Source: Fimicolochytrium jonesii (Eukaryota). From it: a stretch of DNA of 64,000 nt. The position numbers and the translations under genes are program-made. Position 1 is the stretch's first letter. Every line of letters begins with the position of its first letter. A model generated the notes under the pieces. The model was not told the origin of the DNA, did not search any database, and was given only the letters and a program-made list of their open reading frames with translations. Shown piece after piece: positions 34,952 to 46,669 of this stretch. The stretch spans positions 310,001 to 374,000 of the forward strand of contig NW_026515668.1 in assembly GCF_025526975.1 (NCBI RefSeq), written 5' to 3'.

Positions 34952-36289
34952 ACGCGTCAATTTCGCGCTTTGTTTTTGTTTCGCGTCTCAAAAGTACCTT
35001 TCGGACACGTTGCACAGTCGTTTCGGACACACACACACTATTCTTCACGCATATATATACACCGAGCAAAACAGGGCTCATGCACAGGATGACTGATGGG
35101 AGAGCGCTTGGGGGACTTGAAAATATGCCGTTGTCGGCGTCGGAACAAGGCAATTTCTTCGGCGTCTGTTTGTCCGGCTTTCGGACAGGCGATCTGTCAA
35201 ACCAAAGTCCCGATAATCGAGACCCCCCCAAAACGCGCCAAACCAAAAACAGCCAGAACTATGGTGGAAGCAGCCTTTCCACGTTTTCACTCGTATGCAG
35301 GACCTTTGCTGGAGGACCTCCGTCGGGAAAACGCGTCAGGATCCTCTCACGCGTCATTTTTGGCGGCTTTTGGGAGTTCGAGGGAAACCGTTGCCAAACC
35401 GGGCCTGGGAATCCACACCGCCCCCCCGAAAACAGAATCAAAGACGGTCGCGCATGCCATACGGCGGCTACCAATCTCTTGTAGACCACACCCATGCCGT
35501 GCAAGGCCTTCCCGCGTCGTTACCGGCGGTCGTTGCAAACCACATCACGCGAGCTGGAATTGAAAAATACCCCTCTTCCGCATGCTCCCTGTAGAAGAAT
35601 GCACAACACTGGACTGAGGAAGAAAAGAGGGGAGGCGGAGGGGGGGGGGGGGGGGGGGGGGCAGGGAGGTTCCTGATCTTACCGCGACGGCTCAGGTTCC
35701 GGTCCGGAAAGTGTGGCCCTCCTTGGGCCTGCTGGACCCGTGTCTCGAAGACCAGGCTCAAGCACTTTATTTTCTTCCTGCCAGCGGCGCTTTGCCCAGG
35801 TACACGAAAAGTTTTTGATTTTGATTCATCGAAGGAAGCTTGCCTGAGCACGCGTCAGTTTCGCGTTTTCGGACATCCGTCAGTCCGCTCGGACATGGTA
35901 ACCCGTACTGTTGACCTTTTTGCATCCCGAAATATCCGAAGGGATCCAAGGGCCTGCTGGGTGTGTTTGGGGCGGGCGAAGGGATGCTCGTTGGGCCGCC
36001 GAGTTTGAACGTCTCTCGGAACGGGGACGCGTCCGTTTCGCGTTTTTTTCGTCGGTGCTGCATACGCACTCGTTTTCGGACCACCCCCCTCGATAGATGG
36101 AACACCACACCCATACCTCCGAAAATCAGCGAGGCGCATCGCCGCGCATTTCCCTGCGAAATGGATGCTGACGCACAAGGGGTTATGCACTGCTGGAGCA
36201 GCGCGTGGGACTCCCGACCTGACGCGTCACTCATGACCGAACGCGTCGTTTTCGCGTGTTTGTCGGAGCTCTCGAAAGTGCTTTCGGAC
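34952..36289 (+). promoter_or_regulatory. Dispersed array of ACGCGTC-NN-TTTCGCG (x4) and TTTCGGAC (x6)
   Basis: Composite motif at 34952, 35850, 36027 and 36241 with identical spacing; TTTCGGAC at 34999, 35021, 35179, 35867, 36074 and 36282. Function unknown. Confidence 0.6.
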
Positions 36290-36348
36290 GGGTTGCACAA
36301 GCGATGGGTCCGGGACACCCCCGATCTCTTTTTTCAGTCGTACAGTAC

Positions 36349-36501
36349 ATGATCCTCTTGGACGTGCTCCTCAGCGGACCCGTCACGCAACGCGACCTGG
36401 ACGCGGCGATCATCGTGGCCGTGGAGAGGGAGGGGGAAACGACGGTGTCCATGTTGTTGGCGGCGGGTGCCATTATAGTGTGCAAAATACATGTCGAGTG
36501 A
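36349..36501 (+). pseudogene. Isolated ankyrin-repeat-like fragment
   Basis: LDAAIIVAVEREGETTVSMLLAAGA resembles the ankyrin consensus; no full gene surrounds it. Confidence 0.4.
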
Positions 36502-37099
36502 ATACAACGGTCCGTCTCTACGACGTCTTCACCCGAAACGGGCTGGCTCTTCAGGCATTGCCGCGACCTCATCGTGCGTCAGGACGCACATGATGGTTAT
36601 CGTGGTGACGACGGCCGATTCGGTGGTTTCGGCAGTTTCGCCTGGCATGTCTTGGTGGTCTGGGTCTAGGCCTGGGTATTGCTCAAAGCAGCATCCCGAT
36701 CTTCATGCGCCTAGAAGAAACCGCCTACCATATAGATGTTGAATCCCATATGGACAACACCGAACCTATGACCATCCCCTACGCGCGACCTAGGATATCC
36801 ATAGATTCCGGCACGGTCAAGCTGGAAGAGCCGGGAAACCATCAGGCCAATCATCAACTATGCTTTGCAGGAGCTCGTCACACGCACGATGTTTATCGCG
36901 ATTCAACCGAGACACCTTCTCCGCAAGCAGTGGATCAATGCCGAGAAGAGGTGGAAGCTTTGGCATGACAATCTGCAGGTATCGGTAGAGGCTTCTGTCC
37001 GACAGCGAGGATCTTCAAAGGCCGCTTGCCTCCCCGTGCCGCCCGCATTCGCTCCACCTGGTCAAATATTGCATTGGCAGCGTTCGCGTCATCACGCGC

Positions 37100-37415
37100 G
37101 TTCGGACTCCGTATATTCTGTACAAAAAGGGGATACTGTTCATTTTCATTGTTCTACTCTGCATAAAAGCATACAAAAAACAAGACTCACTCCTTCTCTC
37201 CAATCCAACTTCAAAAGCAGATTGCACAATGGTCAGCGGGAAAAAGACTCAAGAAGATAAGCACGTAAAGAAATCCAAGGAATCGGGTTGTGGATTCAAC
37301 ATGCTTATGAGCGTGATGAAAGATGTGGAGAAGTTGTCACGGCCATTCTGCCTATGCTCTGATCATGTTGTGGAAAGGTGGAAAGTGGAGCTCGCAAGAC
37401 ACGTAACGTGCGGGC
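37100..37415 (+). mobile_element. Possible FAR1/WRKY-like zinc-finger relic of a Mutator-type transposase
   Basis: VHFHC... then, in another frame, KKSKESGCGFNMLM...WKVELARH; frame-broken and weak. Confidence 0.25.
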
Positions 37416-37551
37416 AACGCCCTCCTGCTTTTCTACCTTCTCTATTTGACAAACCAACACTCGGAGACATCCGGATAATCTTGCAATCATCGGAGAATCG
37501 GAACCAACCCTCGGGTGTTTCTGCGAGTCTTGTGTCTCCAGAAACATCTCG

Positions 37552-37654
37552 CTAGGGACGTAGACCCCAGATCAAACCTCCCATGGTCCGCGCGCAGCCA
37601 ATAGGGTCCCTATTGAATAGGGTCGGCGGGCGAACATGGAGGGTCCCGTCCTAG
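37552..37654. repeat. ~100-bp imperfect palindrome with CTAG ends (MITE-like or hairpin)
   Basis: CTAGG(G)ACG...CGTCCTAG outer arms, CCTCCCATGGTCCGC / GCGAACATGGAGG inner arms and a perfect CAATAGGG-T-CCCTATTG core at 37599-37615. Confidence 0.6.
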
Positions 37655-38054
37655 TTCCCCCCCATGCCCCCCCATTTTTTTTTCTCTTTCCGTTGGCATA
37701 CTATTTCCGAGCACAAAACATCCCCTCAGCGAAAACCATATCACTCAGTCTGAAAAAGTCAATTTGCTCGAAACTCAGCATCTTCATTCATATTTGGGCC
37801 CCCGCTGGGGGTGCAGGCGTCAGAAACCACTCAAGTCCTTCTAGAAACGAACAAAGGGGAAGGGGGGGCGTTATATACAAAATTTCTCGAAGAGAAGGAG
37901 GGGGGGTAGGCGTACGCCGTAATGCGTTGAAAGTAACGAGGCGAAAGGGGCGAGCGTAGGAGGGGGGAAGGGGGAATGTGACTTGGTGGGTGTGCGGAGG
38001 GGGGTGGGGCGGATAAGAGGGGGAAAAAAGGTATGGGCAACAAACACACGACGG

Positions 38055-40567
38055 CTACCGCCCGCTACTCCGATAAGCCGGCGGCCTCGAATTCGAAGGC
38101 GAGACCGCGTGTCCATTATACGCCTCGGGCTCGACCCAATTGCTCGGCGCGCCCGTCGTTGGGCCATGCACATGTCTCCCTGTCCCCACGACCTGTTTCG
38201 GGGGCCGTCTCGACGAGGGACAGCAACAGCACCGTACGATCGAGTACAGGATCGAGAGGATAAGCAAACCGGCGATGACGAGGATGGGGATCGCGACCGT
38301 TTTGTTGGTTTTGATCCAGCCCAGGGCGTCGTCGAGGATATTCCCGCCCGTACAATCGCCGTTTTTGCAAACCGCCTTCCCAGAGAGCCCGCAGGGTGTT
38401 CCATCTACAAAGTAGGATTGGAGAACGACGCACTGGGTTCCCGCCTGGCAGAACAACTGACACTGGGATTGTTGGTCCGGGCACGCGCCCGAGAGCGTGA
38501 GTGATGCCGCTGCTTCTGATTTACACTGTAGATCCCGCGAAGTGCATTGACCGTTTGCGCATTGGGCTTTTATCCCCGTTGTTGTGGTACAACTGCTCCG
38601 ATCCGGTTTGAATGTATCCGTCGGACACGTCGCGTTGACACCATTACACGTTTCGGGGATGTCGCATTCCCCACTCGATGCGCGGCAGGTTGTACCGGAC
38701 GGTTTGAGTTTACATGACGCGCAGCATTCGTCGTTTTTGTCGGAGCAGGTGGCGGCGGGTTTCAACTTGCAGCCGACGTCGCAGCAGGGGTCGGCGGCAC
38801 AGTCGGCCGCGGTGCCGCAGTCGCATTGTTCCGAGCCTTCGCGGATGCCGTTGCCGCAGATTCCGGTTGCAATTGTTTTTAGAGCGCCTGGTTCTATGGG
38901 AGTGGAGAGGGGATATGTAAGAGATCAGTACTCATCAAACTCCTTTTCGCTGAATTTGATCTACATACCTTTGAGACATGTCCCAAATTTCGGAAACCCG
39001 CCACAAATCTGATTGATACTGCACGGCGAGAAGTTATCCGTCTTTGACGAGTCCGTGGGGTGCATTATAAACTGCCCATTACAGTTACACGTATCCGTGC
39101 ACGGGCAGCAGTCACACGCTTCCGGGTCCGTGCATGGACACTGGTTCGTCGCGCCGGAACAATCATGGTACGCGCCGAAATTGTGTCCTATCTCATGCGC
39201 GACGACCTTCCACTCGATCTGGACAGCGGCCGAGACGCCTGTCCCTGATACCGACTGTTGGCCGCCAGACGAGGATTGCACCGTTGTTGTCGTTTCACAG
39301 AGGGTTTTGAGCCATGCGACGCCGACGGAGGGACCCGTGGGGCAGTTAGTCATGAGATGCCACAACCCGGCATCATCCTTCTCCTTCTGTCCCCTCCAGG
39401 CCGAGAAATCGCTCAGGCGCTGGTTGATCGAGTAACTATCGCTGCACTCGCGATTCCATTTCAGGACGGGGTCGGTGGGGGTGCATGCGTCCTGCAAAAA
39501 GACCTGGATGACACCGAGGTTGATGTTGAAGGAACGTTCGTAAACCCCCGAGGCGGTGTTCCAGTTCTCGAGGATCTGCTGGAGGGCGTTTTCCTTGCCG
39601 TTGTGGAGACGGACGTAGGTGCAGTCCGCGGCGACGGCCATGAAAAGGACTTTGCGGGCTGTCGGGCATCCTGCTGGTGCGCGTTTGGTTAGGGACCCGG
39701 CAAGGGACCGTTCGAGACGGTCGGAGATGTTGCGTTGGGCACCGAGGTTGTCCTTTGGGTTGAACGGACATGACGATTCGATTCCGCTTGTGAACCCGCC
39801 GTCCTCCCGTCTCCCTAGGGTTGACAGTTCGGGTATTTGCCCGATGGTAGCTGACTCGTCCCGATCCCGTAGCAGTATCATCCGCGCGGCACGGTGTCGT
39901 TCCTGCCGCGACGAGGAAGACGGCACCTGGATGTCGACCGAACGCCTCGTTTTGTGGTACGTCTCAATCTCCTTGACGTGGTACATCTGCCCATCGGCGA
40001 CGAACGAACCGTGAAAGATCTCTTCAGATGGATCGAGTATGATCCGTGCCCACCCTACATCCCTTCTCGCACCGGTCAGCGTTTTCCCAACAACATTTCC
40101 TTTGTAGGCGTGTCGTGCCATCCGATGCAGATCGATGAAATTTGGTTCGGCGTCGCTGGCGTATTGCACGTGGGCGTCGGAGTGAAGGAGGTCTGTATTT
40201 GGCTCTAGATCTAATGTGAAGGTCTCATTTATGGCCTAGGGAATGCCACAGTTAGTCGATGTCGTTGACGGGTGGGTGGCACTCGTAAAATGGAGTCTCA
40301 CCTTGAAGCTTAGTTGAAGGTTTCCAGATACTTTCTTCTTGATGGACACCTTTTCTAGAAAGTCATAGAAGCGAACGGGTGGTATCGAAGCTGAAGAGCT
40401 GTGGGCTGGAGATAGGGATTGTATGTCAGTACAACCAACAAACAACGGATGTTTCAGCGCGGACTTGCGGTCATGCCACTGCACATACCCCAGACATCGC
40501 TGACTATGAGCAGCAGGACAACAAAGTAGACGGCCAAGGCCCTTGACATCGTTGTTGATAGCCCCAT
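38055..40567 (-). CDS. Fungal ADAM metalloprotease-disintegrin
   Basis: Signal peptide, prodomain ending KR, HEIGHNFGAYHD zinc motif, FIMHP Met-turn, CGNGIREGSEQCDCG disintegrin, Cys-rich domain, TM helix and short cytoplasmic tail. Confidence 0.95.
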
Positions 40568-42748
40568 CTTCGTAAACCTAGCTCAAAATTCTATCGGTGC
40601 GCGGGGCAGTAATTGGCGTTATGGCAGGTAGTTCCGCAAGCCGTTGTTGCGCTCCCGTTTCCCCACTAGCGCCGTCCCCGTTCGAAAATGATCGCTCGTC
40701 GTTGTCGTTGCCCAAGTTCCGTAAGTGCTCTCCCTTCTAGCTGATATGCGAGGTATGATACAGTGTATACAAGCGACGGAAGCCACCAAGTGGGCAGGAC
40801 CGAGAGCCAGACAGGCGTCCTATGAGAGGAGGATTGGCAGTTTTGGCGGGTGCGAGGAAGGAGGTGGAGAGGTTGCGGCTGGAGAGAAGTGCCAACGACG
40901 AGGACGGGGAGTGGGTGCAAGCCCGGCTGTTGTGTTGCGTTGCGTTGTGTTGCGAGAGGAAGGCGTTGGTTTTCCCCGTACTGTAAGGGAGGAAACAGGC
41001 AGACCGACAGGCAGTTCCTACTAGTAAGTAGTTCTTGGCAGGAAGGGAGGGAGGAGGCTTTCCGAAATTGCAAGCGCGTCTCCTCTACTTTAGGAACTGT
41101 AGTATACTTAGCAGTAGTTAGTCTGGTCTTTACTGTACCTTAATAAACGGTCAGACTGCTTTAGCGCTTCTCGGAGGCGTTTGTTTAGAGCGTTGTTGAT
41201 GTTGATGCAATAATCACTCCCGCCCCTTCTCAATGTTGTCGTGCGTGACACAGCCGCTTTCAGACCGGAGCAGTGTGCGGTTGGTTTCCGCTTGGTGGCG
41301 TTCGTGGGCTGTGACGGACGGCCGCTAACGTAATCGTATTATGATTGAGCTTATTGCTGCAATAAGGCCTCGTTCGAATAAATCTCCGGCGTCTCTCCTT
41401 GTTTCAGGAACTTCCGCGAGCAATTGACAGCGTGCTTGTCAAACACAAAGACCTGTCACTCTCGCCCGTTTCCTGCTCTTGCATACATACACTTGGCATT
41501 TCTCCCAAGCCCCACGTTCGTGGCATCCTTCCGTATACAAGCGACATGGCTGTTGGTTTCAACACACCACCTTCACATGCACCTCCGGGATCAGGTTGCA
41601 TCGGAGCGCCCTCCCTCCCACCAGTACTACATAGACATGCATCGCCAAATTCAGGTGAGGCTTGACACATCCCAGCGAAAGTGGTAACAAAGCACGGTGA
41701 ATGCCACATCAGAATGCACAACCAGTGGGCAAAGGTATGGTTGGCGGTGAGGCAATCAAGGCATCTTTGCTTCGGACTTGTCCTATCTTGGGCCTCGCAG
41801 CGATGTCCACAGGGCTCAAAGGATCAGTTACATTCATATGCGACGAGATGTGTGTTCTGCGCCGGAATGAGGACAATCCTCATCCTCGTTCTTTGACCCA
41901 AGCCCAAGTGACGCCCCGGATGGAAGGACTCCTCCACCCGGATTCCACTTCACACAATTTGCCAGGACGTGAGAGGCCGATAAGATGGATAAGCCCATGG
42001 CTCCTGATGCATGATGCCAGTTGCGGCTGACAGATGGGCGAATCTCCTGCCTGCATGGAGCATACGGGGCTGTTCATGTTGCTGGGTTCTCGCCGGAAGT
42101 TTGATGAGGTGTGAGCACGGTCGGGGAGTGGGAGTTGCCCGTTATCAGCGCGGGTGGACGCGGATGGACGCGCGGAGTCCAGAATTCAAGCCGGCACAGC
42201 GGACATCGGGCGGGACATCGGGCAGGTTTATGCACGGAGGATTTATACGCGTCGAGCGTGTAAGCCGGATCATGAGCCAATATTAAGGTAACACATGTGT
42301 CTATTATTGCAATAGCTCCGACTAATGAACGTTACTACCCCCTTTTTTGCAGCCACAATTGAGTTGAATCCTGGATCCCATTCAGGAATGGAATGGGCGG
42401 AGATCACTGTGGGATTGTGGATGGGTCTTCTTCCAGCATATGTATATGGAGTTTATGGAGTCTTCTGCGAGTCTATACATAAGCTGGAAGGTGAGATTCC
42501 CATGCCCCGCTGTACTGAGAGCTGACCACTTTCCCACAATTCGCTGACCACTTTCCCACGATTGCTTTCTTGTAATGCCTTCACGACGGGGAACAGGAAT
42601 TGACCATGAAGCGTCAGCTATGCGACGAGTCGCCGTCCAATTGTTTATCGAGGTATGCTATCCACATGCTTACCTACATATGTATGCTTGTTTATATCTC
42701 TGATGTGCTCTATGTATGCATGTTTAGGTAATCGCACAGATTCTCAAC

Positions 42749-44540
42749 ATGTTCATCACGAGCCTGGCGCCGCCAAGCAGGCTTCCACTGACCATCGAGT
42801 GCTTTGTTGTGCTCTGCTGGTACTCACACGACGGCGGTGAAGCGGATGATGATCCAAATTTCACACGAACATTCCTGGAGGCAATCAGACGGTCGGACGA
42901 TGATGTGCTGTGGCGCATGGCAAGAACGAAGGATGTGTGGATCGCTCATGCTTCCGCGCTGAGTTCGGTTCGATGGCCCTGCCTGAGCAACAGATGATAT
43001 TCCATCTACAGCAGGAATGGGTCCGTTTGGGAATGGGAGTGCTGAACCTTTGAGGTCGCCACGGAGACCCCAAGAAGCCACCACTGGATGAAATTTCGGT
43101 CATCAGAAAGGCCCTGTTCAAGGGACCTGCGAAGATCCAGGCGGGTGTACTCAATGACTGGGCGGGCCGGACTCAAGCCATTGCTAGAACTGACATAGCA
43201 CTCATTCGGGAAGGCGCAAGGTGCTTGCCAGCCATCCAAGAATTGCCCAAGCACATCACTTCCTGGACCCTGCTGGTCCAGAACGCAGTGATCCAGGACC
43301 ACACCCCCACCCAGCGTCCCCGGCATTCAAGTATGTCACCACCCCGGAAGGCCCCTCGTCTGGTCAGAGAAACTGGTGGTGCAGACGGTTCGCCTCTTGC
43401 GCCCAACGAGGGTACGCCCTCTGCACTTGGTGATAATGGCGAGTATGGGAACCGTCCTCTTGCGCCCAACGAGGGTACGCCCTCTGCACTTGGCGATGAT
43501 GGCAAGTATGAAGCGCCATCACGCACCGTAGCTGACTGGAACAAGGGGACCACGACCAAAATTCCGTCGGGCTGGCGCTTCCTACGGGAATCTGACGTCG
43601 TTGGACTGGCCCCGCTGGAGGTCATGAATCTAGTTCAAGGATCGATCCTGGCCCTGAAAAGGTCGGTGGATGATGGAGTTCTGGACCTGATGCTCTTTGC
43701 GGTGACCCATTCGGAGCTTTATGAGGCATATGAAGGAATTGCGCATAGTAAGTGCCACCTTGCATTTGAAATTTCCGGTGCTGTTAACCAAACGGTTAAC
43801 CAGGGGGCTTGGGCTGAGGCACCCAGATTGAGACCATGATTTGGATTGTGGAACTGGCGAGCGCAGATCATGTTGATGTTGGGACATTGACTACATTGAG
43901 TGAAGCATTGAGCGAAGCAACTTTACAATCACTGACACATGTTTTCTTTGCTTTATTCACCCCTATAAATTGGGCGCTCGCCAATTACCCCACATCAACG
44001 CAACCTCCCTATATTGCCGAATATCAAGCCACACTCCCTGGATGATAGATGCGCCGACCAATCTTCCCTATGTTCCAATCCTCCCCGACGAGCCTCAGCT
44101 CGGATGCGGAATGTGTGCAGCGACTGGTCGTTGTTATGATCTGGACGACAGAGGCGGAAGCGAAGAAGAGAAGACAGAGCGAGAGCGATAGGCGACAAGA
44201 GATTGTATTGGCGAAACAAGAAACAAGGACTAGACCAGTAGATGAGAAGAACTGGTGTTGATCTGCTGGGGAGGAAGGGAATGGACGAAGAGAGGCCGGC
44301 TATTTGTAGATAGACAACCCAGCAGATCAGAGAACAACAACAACAAGAGGGGACTGGGGGGGCGCCAGCTATGCTCCTAGAGCGGGCGTGGCGAGCGTAG
44401 AGAGCATTGCTACAGCTGCTGGCTATGGAGAAGTAGTGGGGGGTGTGGAGAAGCCGGGGGGGGATTGGCGAAATGAAAGGAGAGAGGAGGAGTGGCGATA
44501 TTGCGGGAGGATTGGCAAAATGAGAGGAGAGAGGGGGAGT
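42749..44540 (+). pseudogene. Decayed coding sequence of unknown family abutting the transposase
   Basis: Protein-like stretches (43225-43839 ORF; APAMLLERAWRA*RALLQLLAMEK*) broken by stops and frameshifts. Confidence 0.35.
43393..43510 (+). repeat. Tandem duplication with 63-bp period (PLAPNEGTPSALGD.G.Y)
   Basis: 55-nt copies starting at 43393 and 43456 that differ at 3 positions. Confidence 0.95.
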
Positions 44541-44542
44541 GG

Positions 44543-44620
44543 CATTGACATTGGCATTGACATTGGCATTGACATTGACATTGACATTGACATTGGCGTT
44601 TGACATTGGCGGTTGACATT
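44543..44620 (+). repeat. (CATTGA/CATTGG)n hexamer microsatellite
   Basis: About 9 tandem hexamers followed by degenerate GACATTGGCG units. Confidence 0.9.
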
Positions 44621-44649
44621 GGCGGCTGTCAGTAGGTAAGCTTATGGTA

Positions 44650-46211
44650 TGGGCGCGTCGTCCATAACAAGAAGCGGCCAGTTGATTGTTCAAAACAACA
44701 TGCTTCTTCTGGATATACCAGTCTTCCCATCTCACGGCCTTCGCAACCTTCCGTTTCCATGACTCCACAGAAACCTGGTCAAATCCTCGAAGCACCAGTT
44801 CCCTAACCTTCTTGAAGTTGCCCCCATCGTTGTTCTGCACCACCCAATTCTTCACATGTCCCCATGCAAGCCCAATCGGGTTCAGCTCACAGTGATAAGG
44901 GGGAAGCCAAAGAATGCGGTGTCCGTATCTCGCAGCGATGAGTTCACACTTGATGCGGGGATAGTAGCCTCTCTCGGTTGCCATAGCCTGCATCGATGCC
45001 ACTGTTGCCCATTTCCATCCAAGACCTGTCTTTTTACTGATCCGCTTCAACGGGACCTGCAGCTCTTTTTCATCCATGCCATACTTCTCCTTCAACATGG
45101 TCATCAGTTCTTCCGCCTTCATGCTGTTAAGGTGGGGCTCATTCAAACCGCGGTGGTAGGAAGCGTTGTCCATCATAAAAACTGCTTTGCGCAAAAGTTT
45201 GTTGGTGCAATGATCACATAGCGCCTCAAAATATCTGTAGATGAGAAGAATCAATAATTGCATTGTGTATGTGTGTATCGTGTCATACCTTTCAAAATTC
45301 TCACAGTTCATGTTGTCATGGTAATCTCCTTGTGACTGAGTGGCGGCAAAGACAACGGGTTCGCCAACCCACCCATCAGGCCCTCCCGCATGCACAATGA
45401 TGAGTCTTGGTCCTTTGTTCCCTCTCTTCACTATCGTAGTTGCGTCCACCAACCACGTCTTCCGCTGGACATGGTGCTGATTGCAGTATGTTTCATCTAG
45501 CCACACCTCCATCTCGCCAGTCAGATTGGTACGCATCTCCATCCTCGCTCGCAAATACTCTGAGCGCTTACGGTGAATCTCGAGGGTTTCAGTGTATGAC
45601 TGACCGGCCGAAGCGTTGGCCCAGCTAAAGCCAAGCCCTTTAAGGATACGGTTGATAGACCTTGTCGATATGTTGACCTTCCACAGCTCAACCATATGCT
45701 GGCGCACAATGTTCGATGAGACTGGGGAGCCTCCAGCGTTGAGAGTATGAACCAGCTCTCGGATATCAATTTTCATGGCACGGTGGTTCAGTCGGAGACG
45801 TTCGTACTTTCCCCTCTTGTCAACGGACTTCTCAAAGGTTTGGGTTTCACGGTACTCCTTCCAAAGCGCTGTGACGGTATTGTTGCTAACTCCACAGGCC
45901 TCTGCCGTTCTGCCACGTGCGTCAAGTGCAGCTGGGTTGCCGGGATAGTTGTCTGCGTGAAGGTAAAGGAATCTCGCCATTCTGACAACCATATATTTTT
46001 CCTCTATGATCAAGGGCTTCCCACGAGGGCGAGAGGGAACAGGAGGGAACAGGTGTTGCGGGTTGGCAGTGTTGCTGAATCTAGGTGAGCGGCGCAGCGG
46101 AGTTGACTGGGTGGCCGGTGCAGACGTTGCGGGTGGCCTGGTGGGAGGTGTTGAGGGTGGGGCACCACGCCTAGTCCAGCCCAGGGAGGCCGTTAGGTTA
46201 GGCACACTCAA
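44650..46211 (-). mobile_element. IS630-Tc1-mariner transposase of the long-spacer Sailor (DD82E-like) type; catalytic E replaced by G; TIRs not found
   Basis: HTH region (TAEACGVSNNTV), WLDETY, GPRLIIVHAG, DYHDNMN, MDNASYH and LPPYHCELNPIGLAWGHVK; 54-nt in-frame intron at 45235-45288. Confidence 0.88.
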
Positions 46212-46434
46212 GAGACGCGTGCGGTGGTCCCGGAGGTCTCCCTGTGCTGTGGGGAGTCAGTTTGGGACTCGGCAATTCTACAATGGCGCAATGGCAAGCA
46301 GAATGTCGCCGGTCGGGGTCGGAGTGAGGAAAAGGGGTGTGTCGCGCGACTCTCTCGTGAATCTGCGGGCGTTTCTGTGCGCGCATACGCACTGTCAGGT
46401 TGCGCTAACTAGATATGGTGTCGTGATCTATAAC

Positions 46435-46465
<31 letters not shown>

Positions 46466-46669
46466 ACAAAAGGCCGCACGCCGCAAGCTTGAAAGCAGCG
46501 GCCCCAACCTCAAAGGTCATCGCTCTCGCACCAGCACACCCGTCAGACGTACTCCACCTACAGTACAGTACATACACCGCTCCAAGGTGTCGGACTTTGG
46601 CCCACGAGCATCGAACCCTGGCTCTCTAAAGTCCCTCACTAACGAACCCCCGCCAGGCAGCCTCCCAAC

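Noticed and set aside
42522..42560. Two CTGACCACTTTCCCAC direct repeats (CRISPR-like?)
   Set aside because: Only two copies, 6 nt apart, in a eukaryote; a simple local duplication.
43995..44640. C-terminal 200 aa of the 738-aa ORF as a transposase domain, and the CQCQCQ ORF
   Set aside because: Read-through into a hexamer microsatellite and antisense sequence.
46212..46600. Terminal inverted repeat of the Sailor element
   Set aside because: No matching inverted copy found by eye on the other side within the window.
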